Source of the DNA: Alloascoidea hylecoeti
Lineage: Eukaryota
DNA: 44,861 nt
Reading direction: 5' to 3'
Assembly (NCBI GenBank): GCA_001600815.1
Contig: BCKZ01000048.1
Coordinates: 1-44,861, forward strand
Of this stretch, positions 32,481-43,348 are shown in pieces (position 1 is the stretch's first letter; every line of letters begins with the position of its first letter). The translations under genes and the position numbers were made by a program. Below the pieces are notes generated by a model. That model did no database searches and was not told the origin of the DNA. It was given only the letters and a program-made list of their open reading frames with translations.

Positions 32481-33692
32481 TTTTTTAATGGGTGAAGACA
32501 CGTGCAGGCATTGAGCAATACTGAAATTTAAATAAACCATAATCTACGCTTAGCCTGGAAAGTTCAGGCTCTTCAAAGAATACTCCTAAATTCCCGGTTC
32601 TATATTCCTTCTTGAACCCTACCTGAGCCTAAGAATATTAATGATTCAACAATTAAGAAATGGGTATAAACATAACTCGTATATGTACTGAAAAACTCCA
32701 TCAGGAAATTCGTATATTTTTTATCAAGTTATATTAATGGTGGGTTTTTGATGGGGAAAAAAGGTGATTGGAGAAATGTAAAAATATAAAATTTACTTAT
32801 TTATAATATATATTCAATCGAAAATTTCCTTTACTTGATCTTCTAGCATATACAAATTGAACTTTACATGCATGTTGTACACATTTTAGGATATATTAAA
32901 ACAAATTTAATTAAGCAGCGATGAAGTGGAATAAGTACCATTTTAAGTAATTTTTAATGGGGTTGAAGTACAATGAGAGAGATCGTTTACCTGGGAATGT
33001 GAACATTGTGGAGTGAAATGAATATATCAAATTTTTTCAGCTTACATTAATTGTAACTAATATAATCAGCTTTGAAATCCCAACATTTCATGTTATAAAA
33101 AAATATTTATATTTGTGTTATAACCAATTATAATATAAACGTTATGAAGTAATGAAATGTAAAGAGAAAAAGGCATTCAAATAAAATTTGTTAAAATTTT
33201 CTATGCTCGAATCACATTAAGATCAATTTATTAGTCTTTTACTGTTTATTAAGAATTGAATAATAAAATTGTTTGATTTACACAAACACACATTATATAA
33301 TTGGTAGTATATTTTAGAGCGCTTTAATGGTATAAAGGGACGTCAGAAGTGTGCATGTAGGGATCAAAAATCCAGAGTTATGGAAGGACAATAAACCGAT
33401 TAATATTTTGAACGGGTGGTAATATTTATAACAGGAAATTAACGTTGCATTTCTTAATTACAATCTATTATAACTAATTACAACTATCTGTTTGTTATAA
33501 AATAAAAAAGATGAAACTGATAACCAATAATTAATAACAATTTAGTAATTTAATACACAATTTAACAATTTAATCAAATGTATAAAAAAGAGAGCAAAAA
33601 GACAAAATTTAAAAAGCCAAAATTAATTATTAATTTAATAAAATTTCAAAAAAAGTCTCCTTCTATAACTTCTTATAATTATAGAAAATTAT

Positions 33693-36600
33693 TTATTTAA
33701 AAACATTCATTAATCCAAATTTTCTTGAATCTAATTGTAATAAAGTTTTTTCTAATTCTCTTTTTTTTGCTTTTCCTTTATCAATATCATTTTTAACATT
33801 TTTATGAATATGAATTAAAAAATCAACATAACTCATTGTATCACCACCTCTATCCTCAACAAGCCAAGATTTAAATTCATGTTCTGAACCATCAAGACCA
33901 GATCTTGATAATTGTAATGATAAAAATTCAAGACCAGATTCTTTTGTTAAATATTTAATTAATTCTCTTGTTTTAATTGAAATATCAGTATTTAATTCAG
34001 GTAATTCATTCATATATGCATCAAGTTTTGTTAAATCATTAAATTCTTCACCAAATAAATCTTGTATTAAGTAAGGAGAAGCATTTTGATGTATAAATAA
34101 TATTAAATTAATACCGTTAAAACATAAATAAGCACCACCATTTTCAATTTTATTTATTGATGCACGACATTGTAATGGTAAATTAAATTGACCATTTTCA
34201 TTATAAGTTGAATCATCATCTTGAAAACTATGTAATGGGAAAATTTGTGGATATAAATATAAACTTAATAAATCAGATGACATTGAATTTAATGAAATTA
34301 TTGATTCAATTCTTGAATCTGGTGTAACATTTGCACTTTTTAAAGCTTTTGATTTTTGAAAACTTAAAATTAATAACATTAAAACATTTAATGAAAATGG
34401 TAAAACTAATTGTGATGGTGGTGAGTTTAATCCAGATACTAAATATCTATAAGTTGAATAAATTGAAACTAATTTTTCATTTGTTGCACCTCTTATTTCT
34501 TGTAAACTATCTTTACCAATTGCATCAAGACAACTTCTTACAAATATTCCAAATACTGCATCATTATCAGCAAAATTAATAACATCTTTAATTGATTTTG
34601 TAACACTTGCAACTGAATTAATTAATCTTACTTTTCTTTTACCATCAGCTGATGTATAAAGTAATGCAACTTGAAAATGAACATCTTGTTTTGGTTCTAA
34701 TTTATCATCATAAGTAAATAAAACACCAATACTTTTATCAGAATCAATTGTTGGTATTTGAGGATCTTCACTACCTTCTTGTTTCATAAAATTACCATAA
34801 TATTTTTCAATTTGTAATCCTGTATTACATCTAACTTTTAATTGAGTTTGATAACCAATTTCTCTTAAAATTCCATGTTTAAATTCAGAAACAAATTTTC
34901 TACCATCTCTATCAACAATAAAATTTGGATAATGATGGACATCACCACCAGTTCTTAAAATAGGTAAAGCACTATTTGATAATCCAATATATTGATGAGA
35001 AAATGAATATAAATCAACACCAACATTTTTTGAAACCATTAATGTTGATAATTTTTTATAAAATGGATCATCACCAACAAATTCTTTCTTTTCTTTTTCT
35101 TTAATTGCACTTGAACCAATATTTGGATTACCACTAATGATATTACTTGGAATATGACCAGCTAAATTTCCAGGACCAAATGACGGTATAGAACTTAATA
35201 AAACGGTAATTTTACCACCTTTATCTTCAAAAGCTTTAGTTGCAGCTTCTAAAGCAGCACCATAACATGGTTCACTTAATAATGTTTGATCATTAAACAT
35301 TTCATCAATTTTATTTAAAGCATCATTTATAACAGCTTGAGATTTAACAGGATCAACAAATAATCCATCAACACTTAATGGTATAAAAGTATCATCTAAA
35401 TCACTCATAATAATAACTTGAGTTTGTTCTAAACTTGAATTTAAATTATAAAATTGAACATTTTTGTTATAAGTAACAATTGCAATTTTTGAACCAGGTG
35501 ATAAATTTGTCTTTCTTGTTGTTTCAATACCATCAATTTCAGATTTTTGAATATTACCATATAAAGTTGACCTAATAGCTTCAGTTGCCAAAGTATGTAA
35601 ACCATGTTTGACAGCTTGGGTACTAACATCAATTAAAAACAAATGTTTTATTGGTTCAGGTTGTTTATCTTCATTCCAATATTCTTTAGGAACTTCCAAA
35701 TCAATTGTACCTAAACATAATTCAGGTCTTGCATCAATATCTAATCTTTGACCTCTTGAATCCAAAGCAGAATAATAATAATCAGGAACATTATTTGGAA
35801 AACGACATAAATTACAAATAAATTTATAACCACCTTGAGCCCAAGTTGTAAAAGCATTAACATATGCTCTACAACGTCTACATCGTGGAGGATCTTCTTT
35901 TGAAAAATCAGCAGTTGGTATTGGAGATTCATTTTCATCCAATGGAGCAAAAGGTCGAATTATCATCCCTAAAGGCAAAGAGGTTAAAGCTCTTAATTGT
36001 TCAGTCATTGGGACATTATACATTGATAATCTTGCAAATTTCGGGCTTGCATTACTTTCATCAATTACTTCATATTTTGTTGTAGCAATTGGAGGGACGG
36101 TATTTTTCATAGTAAGGAATTTATTATTCAAACAATGTTCAAAAGCTTCCCTACGAAGATCAACTATTGAAGGAGTTGTGTCTGAATCAAATTGTTGACC
36201 TGAACCCGGTTCAGGGACAAAAGTTTTTGTTGCCTTAAGTTCATCTGTACTCTGCATTGGAGTACCATACATATTGTTATACCCGCCTTGGTAGATGCTA
36301 CTCTGTGAATCCTGAAGTAGATTTGGTGTCGAGGCAGCAGCACCATACGGACTTCCTCCATAAGGACCCCCATAAGGTCCGCCATATGGATTTCCTTTGT
36401 TGGTGATGGTGTTGGGGTTAGTGTTATATTGTTGGTTAGCAGGTGTTAAATACTGCTGCTGCTGCTGCTGCTGCTGTTGTTGTTGTTGTTGTTGTTGCTG
36501 CTGCTGTTGGCCATAACCCATCAAACCCAACGACGAAGCATTGTTATTTCCATAAATCGAACCCTGTCCTGGATTCAGATTGGCAGTGGAGTGGAATGCC

Positions 36601-36743
36601 CGCATTGGTCTCTTTTTGCCTGATCTGGACTTGTGTACAACGGGAGATTCCTGGGCTGTTGGCACATTCGATGGATTTCCCGTTGGATTTAATGAAGCAT
36701 TCGAAAGACCCCGAGACAAGTCGTCAACTCGGTAGTAACTCAT
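33693..36743 (-). CDS. SFB3: COPII coat Sec24-family protein, Sfb3/SEC24C-D type
   Basis: Zn finger PPRCRRCRAYVN...FICNLC, SPKFARLSMYNVP, RPELCLGTIDL, trunk HLFLIDVS, LKVRCNTGL, FQVALLYT..G.RKVRLIN, gelsolin-like region and LVEDR...SYVDFL. Confidence 0.9.
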   Translation of the reverse strand: MSYYRVDDLSRGLSNASLNPTGNPSNVPTAQESPVVHKSRSGKKRPMRAFHSTANLNPGQGSIYGNNNASSLGLMGYGQQQQQQQQQQQQQQQQQQQYLTPANQQYNTNPNTITNKGNPYGGPYGGPYGGSPYGAAASTPNLLQDSQSSIYQGGYNNMYGTPMQSTDELKATKTFVPEPGSGQQFDSDTTPSIVDLRREAFEHCLNNKFLTMKNTVPPIATTKYEVIDESNASPKFARLSMYNVPMTEQLRALTSLPLGMIIRPFAPLDENESPIPTADFSKEDPPRCRRCRAYVNAFTTWAQGGYKFICNLCRFPNNVPDYYYSALDSRGQRLDIDARPELCLGTIDLEVPKEYWNEDKQPEPIKHLFLIDVSTQAVKHGLHTLATEAIRSTLYGNIQKSEIDGIETTRKTNLSPGSKIAIVTYNKNVQFYNLNSSLEQTQVIIMSDLDDTFIPLSVDGLFVDPVKSQAVINDALNKIDEMFNDQTLLSEPCYGAALEAATKAFEDKGGKITVLLSSIPSFGPGNLAGHIPSNIISGNPNIGSSAIKEKEKKEFVGDDPFYKKLSTLMVSKNVGVDLYSFSHQYIGLSNSALPILRTGGDVHHYPNFIVDRDGRKFVSEFKHGILREIGYQTQLKVRCNTGLQIEKYYGNFMKQEGSEDPQIPTIDSDKSIGVLFTYDDKLEPKQDVHFQVALLYTSADGKRKVRLINSVASVTKSIKDVINFADNDAVFGIFVRSCLDAIGKDSLQEIRGATNEKLVSIYSTYRYLVSGLNSPPSQLVLPFSLNVLMLLILSFQKSKALKSANVTPDSRIESIISLNSMSSDLLSLYLYPQIFPLHSFQDDDSTYNENGQFNLPLQCRASINKIENGGAYLCFNGINLILFIHQNASPYLIQDLFGEEFNDLTKLDAYMNELPELNTDISIKTRELIKYLTKESGLEFLSLQLSRSGLDGSEHEFKSWLVEDRGGDTMSYVDFLIHIHKNVKNDIDKGKAKKRELEKTLLQLDSRKFGLMNVFK
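36453..36509 (-). repeat. CAG/CAA trinucleotide repeat encoding Q19 in the Sfb3 N-terminus
   Basis: The plus strand reads (ctg)8(ttg)7(ctg)3(ttg)1. Confidence 0.95.
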
Positions 36744-36973
36744 TTTTTTTCAAATGCCAAATGGTTGTAGAAAAAACATCGTTTCAAGTTACAAAGAAAT
36801 AGCCAGGTGGCAGGGTGAATGGATGTTTCTCCACAATAGGCACAAAATTAGAATGAAAAATAAATAAATAAATAAATAAATGAAAATTTAAATATATTAA
36901 ATATATATATATATTAAATAGTGCTGTAAGCAAATACTAACAACTATATATATAGAGTAATCGTTATCAATTA

Positions 36974-39900
36974 TTACAATACTCTACCTACTGTCCCTTC
37001 AACAACGTGCTTTTGACTATCATCAACTTTTCTCAAGGCTCGGCCTGCTGAAATTTGACCCATCAACGCACTTAAATCAGGCATTCCACCTGTTGAAGGG
37101 GCTGGTGCTGGAGCACTTCCAGCTGGAGGTGGTGGTGGTGGTGGTGGTGGAACACTTCCAGCTGGAGGAGGTGGAGGTGGTGGTGGAGCAGATCCAGCTG
37201 GAGGAGGAGGTGGTGGTGGTGGAGCACTTCCAGTTGGAGGGGGAGGAGGTGGCACACCAGTAGGAATAGAAGGTGGTGCAACATCAACAGGAACAGATGT
37301 TTCATTCGTAGGAATAGGTGTAGTAACCAAACTACTAGGATTTGAATCAGAAGTACTTTGTACTCTTGGAGGAGGAGCCATACGACTAAATAATAATGAA
37401 GCCAATTGTGATGGATTACCACGATTTTCATCATCATCATCTGAGGATTCTTCATCATCTGATGCACCCCAATCATCATCTGAATCATCAACTTTCCCAC
37501 GTTGTGATGCACGTTGTGCTGCTAATTCTTCAGCATCAATATCAACTGGTTTAGATTCTGTTTGTGCTTGTGCAGGTGGTGGTCTGAAAAATGGATTATT
37601 GTTGCTTGGACCAGAAGGTGTAGATGTGATTGCAGGTGGAGTTGGTGTTGGAATTGGAGCCACTGGTGCTGATTCTTGAGGAACTGGTGGGGCAACGGCA
37701 GGTGTAGATGGAGCACCAAAACCTCTTGCAAATGGATTAGATTCATGTAAAACTTTAGGTTCTTCCTTTGGTACTTCAACAGGTGGAGCTTCCACAACTG
37801 GAGTTTCAGACCAATAATCATCATTATTAGATTCTACTTTTTCTAATTTAGGAATAGAAGGAGGTAATACCACAGGACTTGGTTCTTTTGGAATTTCCCG
37901 TGAAACAACAGGTTCAGGTTCAGGTACAGATACAGGAACTTCCTCTTCTTTTGAATTTAATAATTCTTCTTCTTTACGTTTTGATTCTTCTAATTCAGCA
38001 CGTAATCTAGCCATTCTTTCTTGTCTTTCCTTTTGTTTCTGAGCTTTTTTATTGTTTTTTGCAGTATTTAATTTTTCTTGTTCTAATTTTTTCTTTAATT
38101 CAATTTCTTTTTGCTTTTTATCATTTTCAATTTTTTTTAATCTTTCTTCTTGTTGTTTCTTCATTGCTAATAATTGTTTATATTCTTCATCATCTTCATC
38201 ATCATCTGAACTTGATTCTTCTTCTTCTTGAACAGGTGTTGATTCAACAATAGGTACTGGTTTAGGTTTAGGTGGTGCAACGTGAACAATATGTGGTGGA
38301 GCAGTATGAACAGAAGTACTTGATCTTGATTTAGGAACAGGTGGTGGTGTATGTTTAACAATAGGATTAGGAGCAGAAATTGGATCTTTTCTTGAAACTA
38401 AAGAATCAGTCGAAATTGATTTTGATTTTATATTTGAACTAACATTTAAATTATTTGATGATGATGATGATGATGGTTCTGGTGCATTAAAAGAACTTGT
38501 TGATCTTGTTTGTCTTGTAATTCCTAATTTTGCTAATCTTTCAGCCATTCTTTTTTCAGCTTGTGCTTTAATATAAGCAGCACGATTTTGTGGAGGTGGA
38601 GTATTTGAATTTGAATTTGAATTAGAGGGACTTAAACTTAAACTTGGTTTTGGAGAAGATGATGATGTTTTATTAACACTTGTTGGTGCACTATAAGAAT
38701 TTGATGAAAATGAAGAAGGTACCGAAGCTCTTGATAAAGTTGATATAAAATCTTTAACTTCAGGTTCAACACCAATTGCATCTTCCCATCTTCTTCTATC
38801 TCTTTCATCATCTCTTGATGAATTATTAGAATTTGAATTATTTTTAATTAAATTTAAATTATTTGATATATTTTTTTCAAAATCATTAATAATTTCTTCA
38901 ATTGATGAAATATTTAATAATTGATTTTCTTTATCATTATTAATTTTTTTAGTTTCAATTAATAATTTAGATTCATAATTTTCTAAATCTCCTTCATTAT
39001 TATCATTATTTACTGTTTTACCAGTTAATGCAGCCATTCTTGATTTTAATAAAGCTTTTGATTTTGCTCTTCTTCTATCAGATGCAGTAATTTCACCATT
39101 TGGTCCAGTACCTAAAATATTTAAATCTGATGATATACCATTTTCTTTTTGTAATTTTATTCGAATTAATTCAATTTTTGATTTTGATATTTCATCTTCA
39201 ATTTTTTTAATTGATGAAACTAAATTTGGTACTTTATCAATTAATTTATTTAATTTTAATGATAATTGTCTTGAATTTCCATTAATTTCAAATCTTTTAT
39301 TTGATGATGATGGTCCAAATTTATCAATATCATTTTGAATATTTATAATTTGATGTTTTAAATCTTTAATTTTTTCAATATCTTTAAAATCTAAAATATC
39401 ATCAATATTTGAACCTTGTTCTTCTTTTGTATCAATTGCATCCAATAAAATTTCTTTTTCATTGATTGCTTTTTTCAATTGATCAATTGTTTTTAATTCT
39501 TTTGATTGATAATTATGATTATTATCATTTGAATTATCATTTGAATTATTAGTATGATTATTATTTCTATTACGTCTTCGATTTTTAGAAACATATGAAA
39601 TTGAATTATCATCATTTTTAAAAATTGTACCATCTTTAAATGAATTATTTGAATTATTATTAAAACTTCGATTTTTTAAATAACTAATATTATTATGATT
39701 ATTATTATTATTAGAATATGAATTTAAATTTGAATTTGAATTTGAATATCCACCAGTTTTTTCTTGTTTTAAATAATTTTTAATCTTATCAACAGAATCT
39801 GAAAAATTTCTACTTGATGGAGGTACTAATTCAGGAGGTAAAGTAAAAGGTATATCAAAACCATTAATTCTTCTATAAACTAAATGCATTGAAACAGCAA

Positions 39901-41484
39901 ATTCATCTTTATTTAATGATCCTTTATCACCAGAATCAGATAAATTCCAAATTGTTTCTAAATCTTTTCGATTTAATCCACTTTTTTCAAATATTTTAAT
40001 TGCTGTTGGACCAGGAATTAAACCTTTTCGATCTGTATCCCATGCTTTAAAAATATCATCATATATTCTTTTTTCATCTTTTGTAATTGCCCATGGAATA
40101 TCTTTTTGTTGTTGGGTTGAAATTGGTAAATTATTAATCGCATTTATCGCAGGTGCCATAATTGGACTTCCAGTTTTTTGAGGTAAGAAATGAGATTGCA
40201 TAACTTCCATACCTGGTAATCCAAGTGTTGGTGCATTAACAAACCCCCATTGTCCTGGAATTCCGGTTGGCTGAGCAACAAGACCACCATAACCTGTAGG
40301 TTGTGGTGCAAGACCATTATAACCAGTTGCTTGCGGTAATAGACCTGATTGTTGATAACCAGTTGTTTGTTGAGGTTGAACATAACCAGTTGCTTGTGGT
40401 AAAAGACCAGTTTGTTGAGGTTGATAACCAGTTTGTGCTGGTTGCATATACATTCCAGTAGGATTTGACAATAAACCTTGAGATGGACCTCCAGTTAAAG
40501 ATTGTAACAATTGTAAATTTGAAGGACCTCCAGTATTAGTAGGAGCAGCAGTAGTAGTTGGAGCAGAAGGAGTAGTTGTAAAACTTGGAACATTAGTAAA
40601 TTGTTGTTGATTATTATTATTTTCTTCAGGAACATTGAAATTAATAATATCAACTAAACTAATGACTTCATTTTTAATCTTTTCAGGTAAAACAGAAGGT
40701 AATTGTTGTTTTCTTAAAGCCAAATTACATAAATACATTGAAAGAGCAAATTCAGGAAATAATAATGATCCTGATTTATTTGTATCAGCCAATTGCCAAA
40801 TTTGAGATAATGTTTCAGGAGTTAAGTTTGAACGGAGGAGAATATCTCTTGCCTTTTCACCTATTCATTTCGAGTTAATGAATTGTTAGTAATAATAAGA
40901 AATAGTAGAAGGAACAAAGAAACTTACCAGATAATGCTTGTTCATTATCAACAACAGCGGTCCTAAACAATTTTTCGAATTTTTGTTGATCTCCAGCAGT
41001 AATGAAGGATAATCTCACTTTTGGAAGTGTTAATAAACTGAATAACAGCTCATACTTTGTTGAAAGACATACCATTTGGGATTTTGAGAGTTTTGTTTTC
41101 CTGCGGAGCTGGCACAGGAGCAGGAGCAGGAGCAGGCGTGGCGGTGCCGATGCCGATGCCGATGCCCATACCGGTAGGCGTGGGTTGGAAAGGCTGCCCG
41201 AACTGGGTCAGCTGCTGACTGAGCTGTGGGGTGGGCTGCTGACTAAACTGCCCAAGCTGTGGGTATCCCGTGGCCTGGGGGGCCTGGGGGGCCTGGGGGG
41301 CCTGGGCCTGCGGGACCTGTTGAGGCAGCTGGGGGACCTGCGGGGGCACTCCGGGAGCCCCGAGCGGAGGGTACCCTGTTGGCTGGGAGTACATGTAGTT
41401 CTGGGGGTAGCCGGTCGGCTGGCCCTGGAGACCCGGGTGGCCCTGCTGGCCCTGAGGGTTCTGAGGGTTCTGGTAGTACGACAT
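36974..41484 (-). CDS. PAN1: Actin cytoskeleton/endocytosis scaffold Pan1, 3 exons (1462 aa)
   Basis: Exons 41484-41073, 41017-40928, 40860-36974; introns of 55 nt (GTATGT..AAG) and 67 nt (GTAAGT..TACTAAC..TAG). QPTG repeats, IPNVRLSFITAGDQQKFEKLF, two EH domains (LSQIWQLADTNKSG; WAITKDEKRIYD), coiled coil, NPF motifs, polyproline and WH2-like LMGQISAGRALRKV. Confidence 0.95.
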
Positions 41485-41536
41485 TTGGATATGGAGCTGT
41501 GTGCGGACTGAGGAACGAACAAATGCAGCGCGCAGG

Positions 41537-41576
41537 CCGGGTAACACCCGAGCAGGGTAACCCCGAGCAGGGTAAC
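41537..41576 (+). promoter_or_regulatory. Reb1-like site CCGGGTAA plus two tandem 15-bp repeats carrying AGGGTAAC
   Basis: CCGGGTAA 41537-41544; CCCGAGCAGGGTAAC exact at 41547-41561 and 41562-41576, inside the 229-bp PAN1/MET14 divergent intergenic region. Confidence 0.6.
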
Positions 41577-41591
41577 CGCGCCTGCGCAGCG

Positions 41592-41604
41592 CACGTGATA
41601 TTGT
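41592..41604 (-). promoter_or_regulatory. Cbf1 E-box with adjacent RYAAT Met4-recruitment motif
   Basis: Minus strand ACAAT-AT-CACGTG, about 110 bp upstream of the MET14 ATG. Confidence 0.7.
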
Positions 41605-41713
41605 GCCATGATCCTCAGCCATGTTATTTCCTTATTCGGTGCTAATTGTATACCGAAAATTTTATATAAATGTATTCGTTTGCTTCTTCTCTTCTATCGA
41701 TCAGCAAATCACG

Positions 41714-42322
41714 ATGGCTACAAATATCACCTGGCACCATAACCTGACACACGAAGAGCGATCAACCCTCCGCAAACAAAAGGGTTTAACCTTATGGCTG
41801 ACCGGTCTTAGTGCTTCAGGCAAGAGTACCATTGCTTGTGCTTTGGAACAAACTTTACTTAAGCATGGTCTATCGGCTTATAGATTAGATGGGGATAATG
41901 TTCGTTTTGGTCTTAACAAAGATTTAGGATTTTCTGAATCCGATAGAAATGAAAATATAAGAAGAATATCTGAAGTTTCGAAATTATTTGCTGATTCAAC
42001 AACAATTGCTATTACTTCATTCATATCTCCATATAGATCTGATAGAGATAAAGCAAGATTGCTACACACACAAGATAAATTACCATTTATTGAAGTATTT
42101 GTTGATGTACCAATTGAAATTGCTGAACAGAGAGATCCAAAAGGTTTATATAAAAAAGCAAGAGAAGGAATTATTAAAGAATTTACTGGTATCTCTGCTC
42201 CTTATGAATCACCTGAAAATCCTGAAATTCATTTACATACTGAAAAATCAACTGTTGAAGAATCTGTTGAAATTATTATAAATTATTTAATTAAAAATGA
42301 TTATATTAATGTTTCTTTATAA
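41714..42322 (+). CDS. MET14: Adenylyl-sulfate (APS) kinase
   Basis: [63 protein letters not shown]. The true start is probably the ATG at 41714. Confidence 0.97.
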   Translation: MATNITWHHNLTHEERSTLRKQKGLTLWLTGLSASGKSTIACALEQTLLKHGLSAYRLDGDNVRFGLNKDLGFSESDRNENIRRISEVSKLFADSTTIAITSFISPYRSDRDKARLLHTQDKLPFIEVFVDVPIEIAEQRDPKGLYKKAREGIIKEFTGISAPYESPENPEIHLHTEKSTVEESVEIIINYLIKNDYINVSL

Positions 42323-42375
42323 TTTTAACAAAACTATTTATTTGATTTATATTAAAGAAGCTGTTATAAAAATAT

Positions 42376-42410
42376 ATATAAACTATAAACTATAAACTAT
42401 AAACTATAAA
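42376..42410 (+). repeat. Short tandem repeat (TATAAAC)n
   Basis: About five TATAAAC units in the MET14 terminator / ALG14 promoter interval. Confidence 0.8.
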
Positions 42411-42529
42411 ATATTCAATTTTCATTCTCCATCTTTCATATATGGGTGAAATGTTGTACAGCTAATATCTCTAACATTTCTAACATTTCAATTTCAATTT
42501 ATTCATTTTGTATCTGCACAAATATTATT

Positions 42530-43348
42530 ATGACATTCCCAATTTTAGAAATATTCTCAATTTTCATTATTCTTTTATCGATATCATTAATACTTAGATT
42601 AATAATTATTTTACCAATTTTAAAAAGAAAAGATGACACATATACATCTTTAAATTTTCAAACTTTACAAACTCAATCGCAATCAAAAAGCACTACAAAA
42701 AATCAAACTTCAAATGTAAAAGAAATGGAGAAAGGGAAAATAATAATATTATTAGGCTCTGGAGGTCATACAGGTGAAATGATTCGATTATTAGAATCAA
42801 TAAATTTTAAAACATTTAATAAAAAAATATATTTATATTCAACTGGTGATACAACATCAATAAATAAAATAATAAAATTTGAAAAATCCATTAATAAAAA
42901 TAATATTGAAAATTATGATTTAATTCAAGTTAAAAGAGCAAGAATGATAGGACAAAGTTATATCTCAACAATTTTTACAACATTTCAAAGTATTTTAAAT
43001 TGTATTAAGATATCTTTTAATCATTCAGATTCTGATATTATATTATGTAATGGACCTGGGACAAGTGTAACAATTTGTTATTCAATGTTTTTATTTAAGG
43101 TAAGAAATTATAAAACAACAAACAATTTCTTAAATTGTAATATGCTAACATCTATTTTTTTGTTTTATTCTTTATAGATTCTAGGGATTTCAAAAACAAG
43201 TATAATTTATGTTGAATCTTTAGCTCGTGTTAATAAATTATCATTATCTGGTTTATTATTATTACCAATAACAAATAGATTTATTGTACAATGGGAAAAT
43301 TTAAAGAAATTATATCATAGTACGGAATTTTATGGAATACTTGTTTAA
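42530..43348 (+). CDS. ALG14: UDP-GlcNAc transferase subunit Alg14, 2 exons (246 aa)
   Basis: Exons 42530-43099 and 43178-43348; intron GTAAGA..TGCTAAC..TAG (78 nt). N-terminal TM segment, LGSGGHTGEM, ILCNGPGT, IYVESLARV..LSLSG, RFIVQW. Confidence 0.95.

Noticed and set aside
34331..40383. Short alternative-frame and antisense ORFs within SFB3 and PAN1
   Set aside because: Shadow ORFs from biased codon usage and low-complexity repeats.
41002..41645. Several overlapping ORFs on both strands (169, 133 and 128 aa)
   Set aside because: Explained by stop-codon scarcity in the GC island. Only the PAN1 exon-1 frame has recognisable protein motifs.
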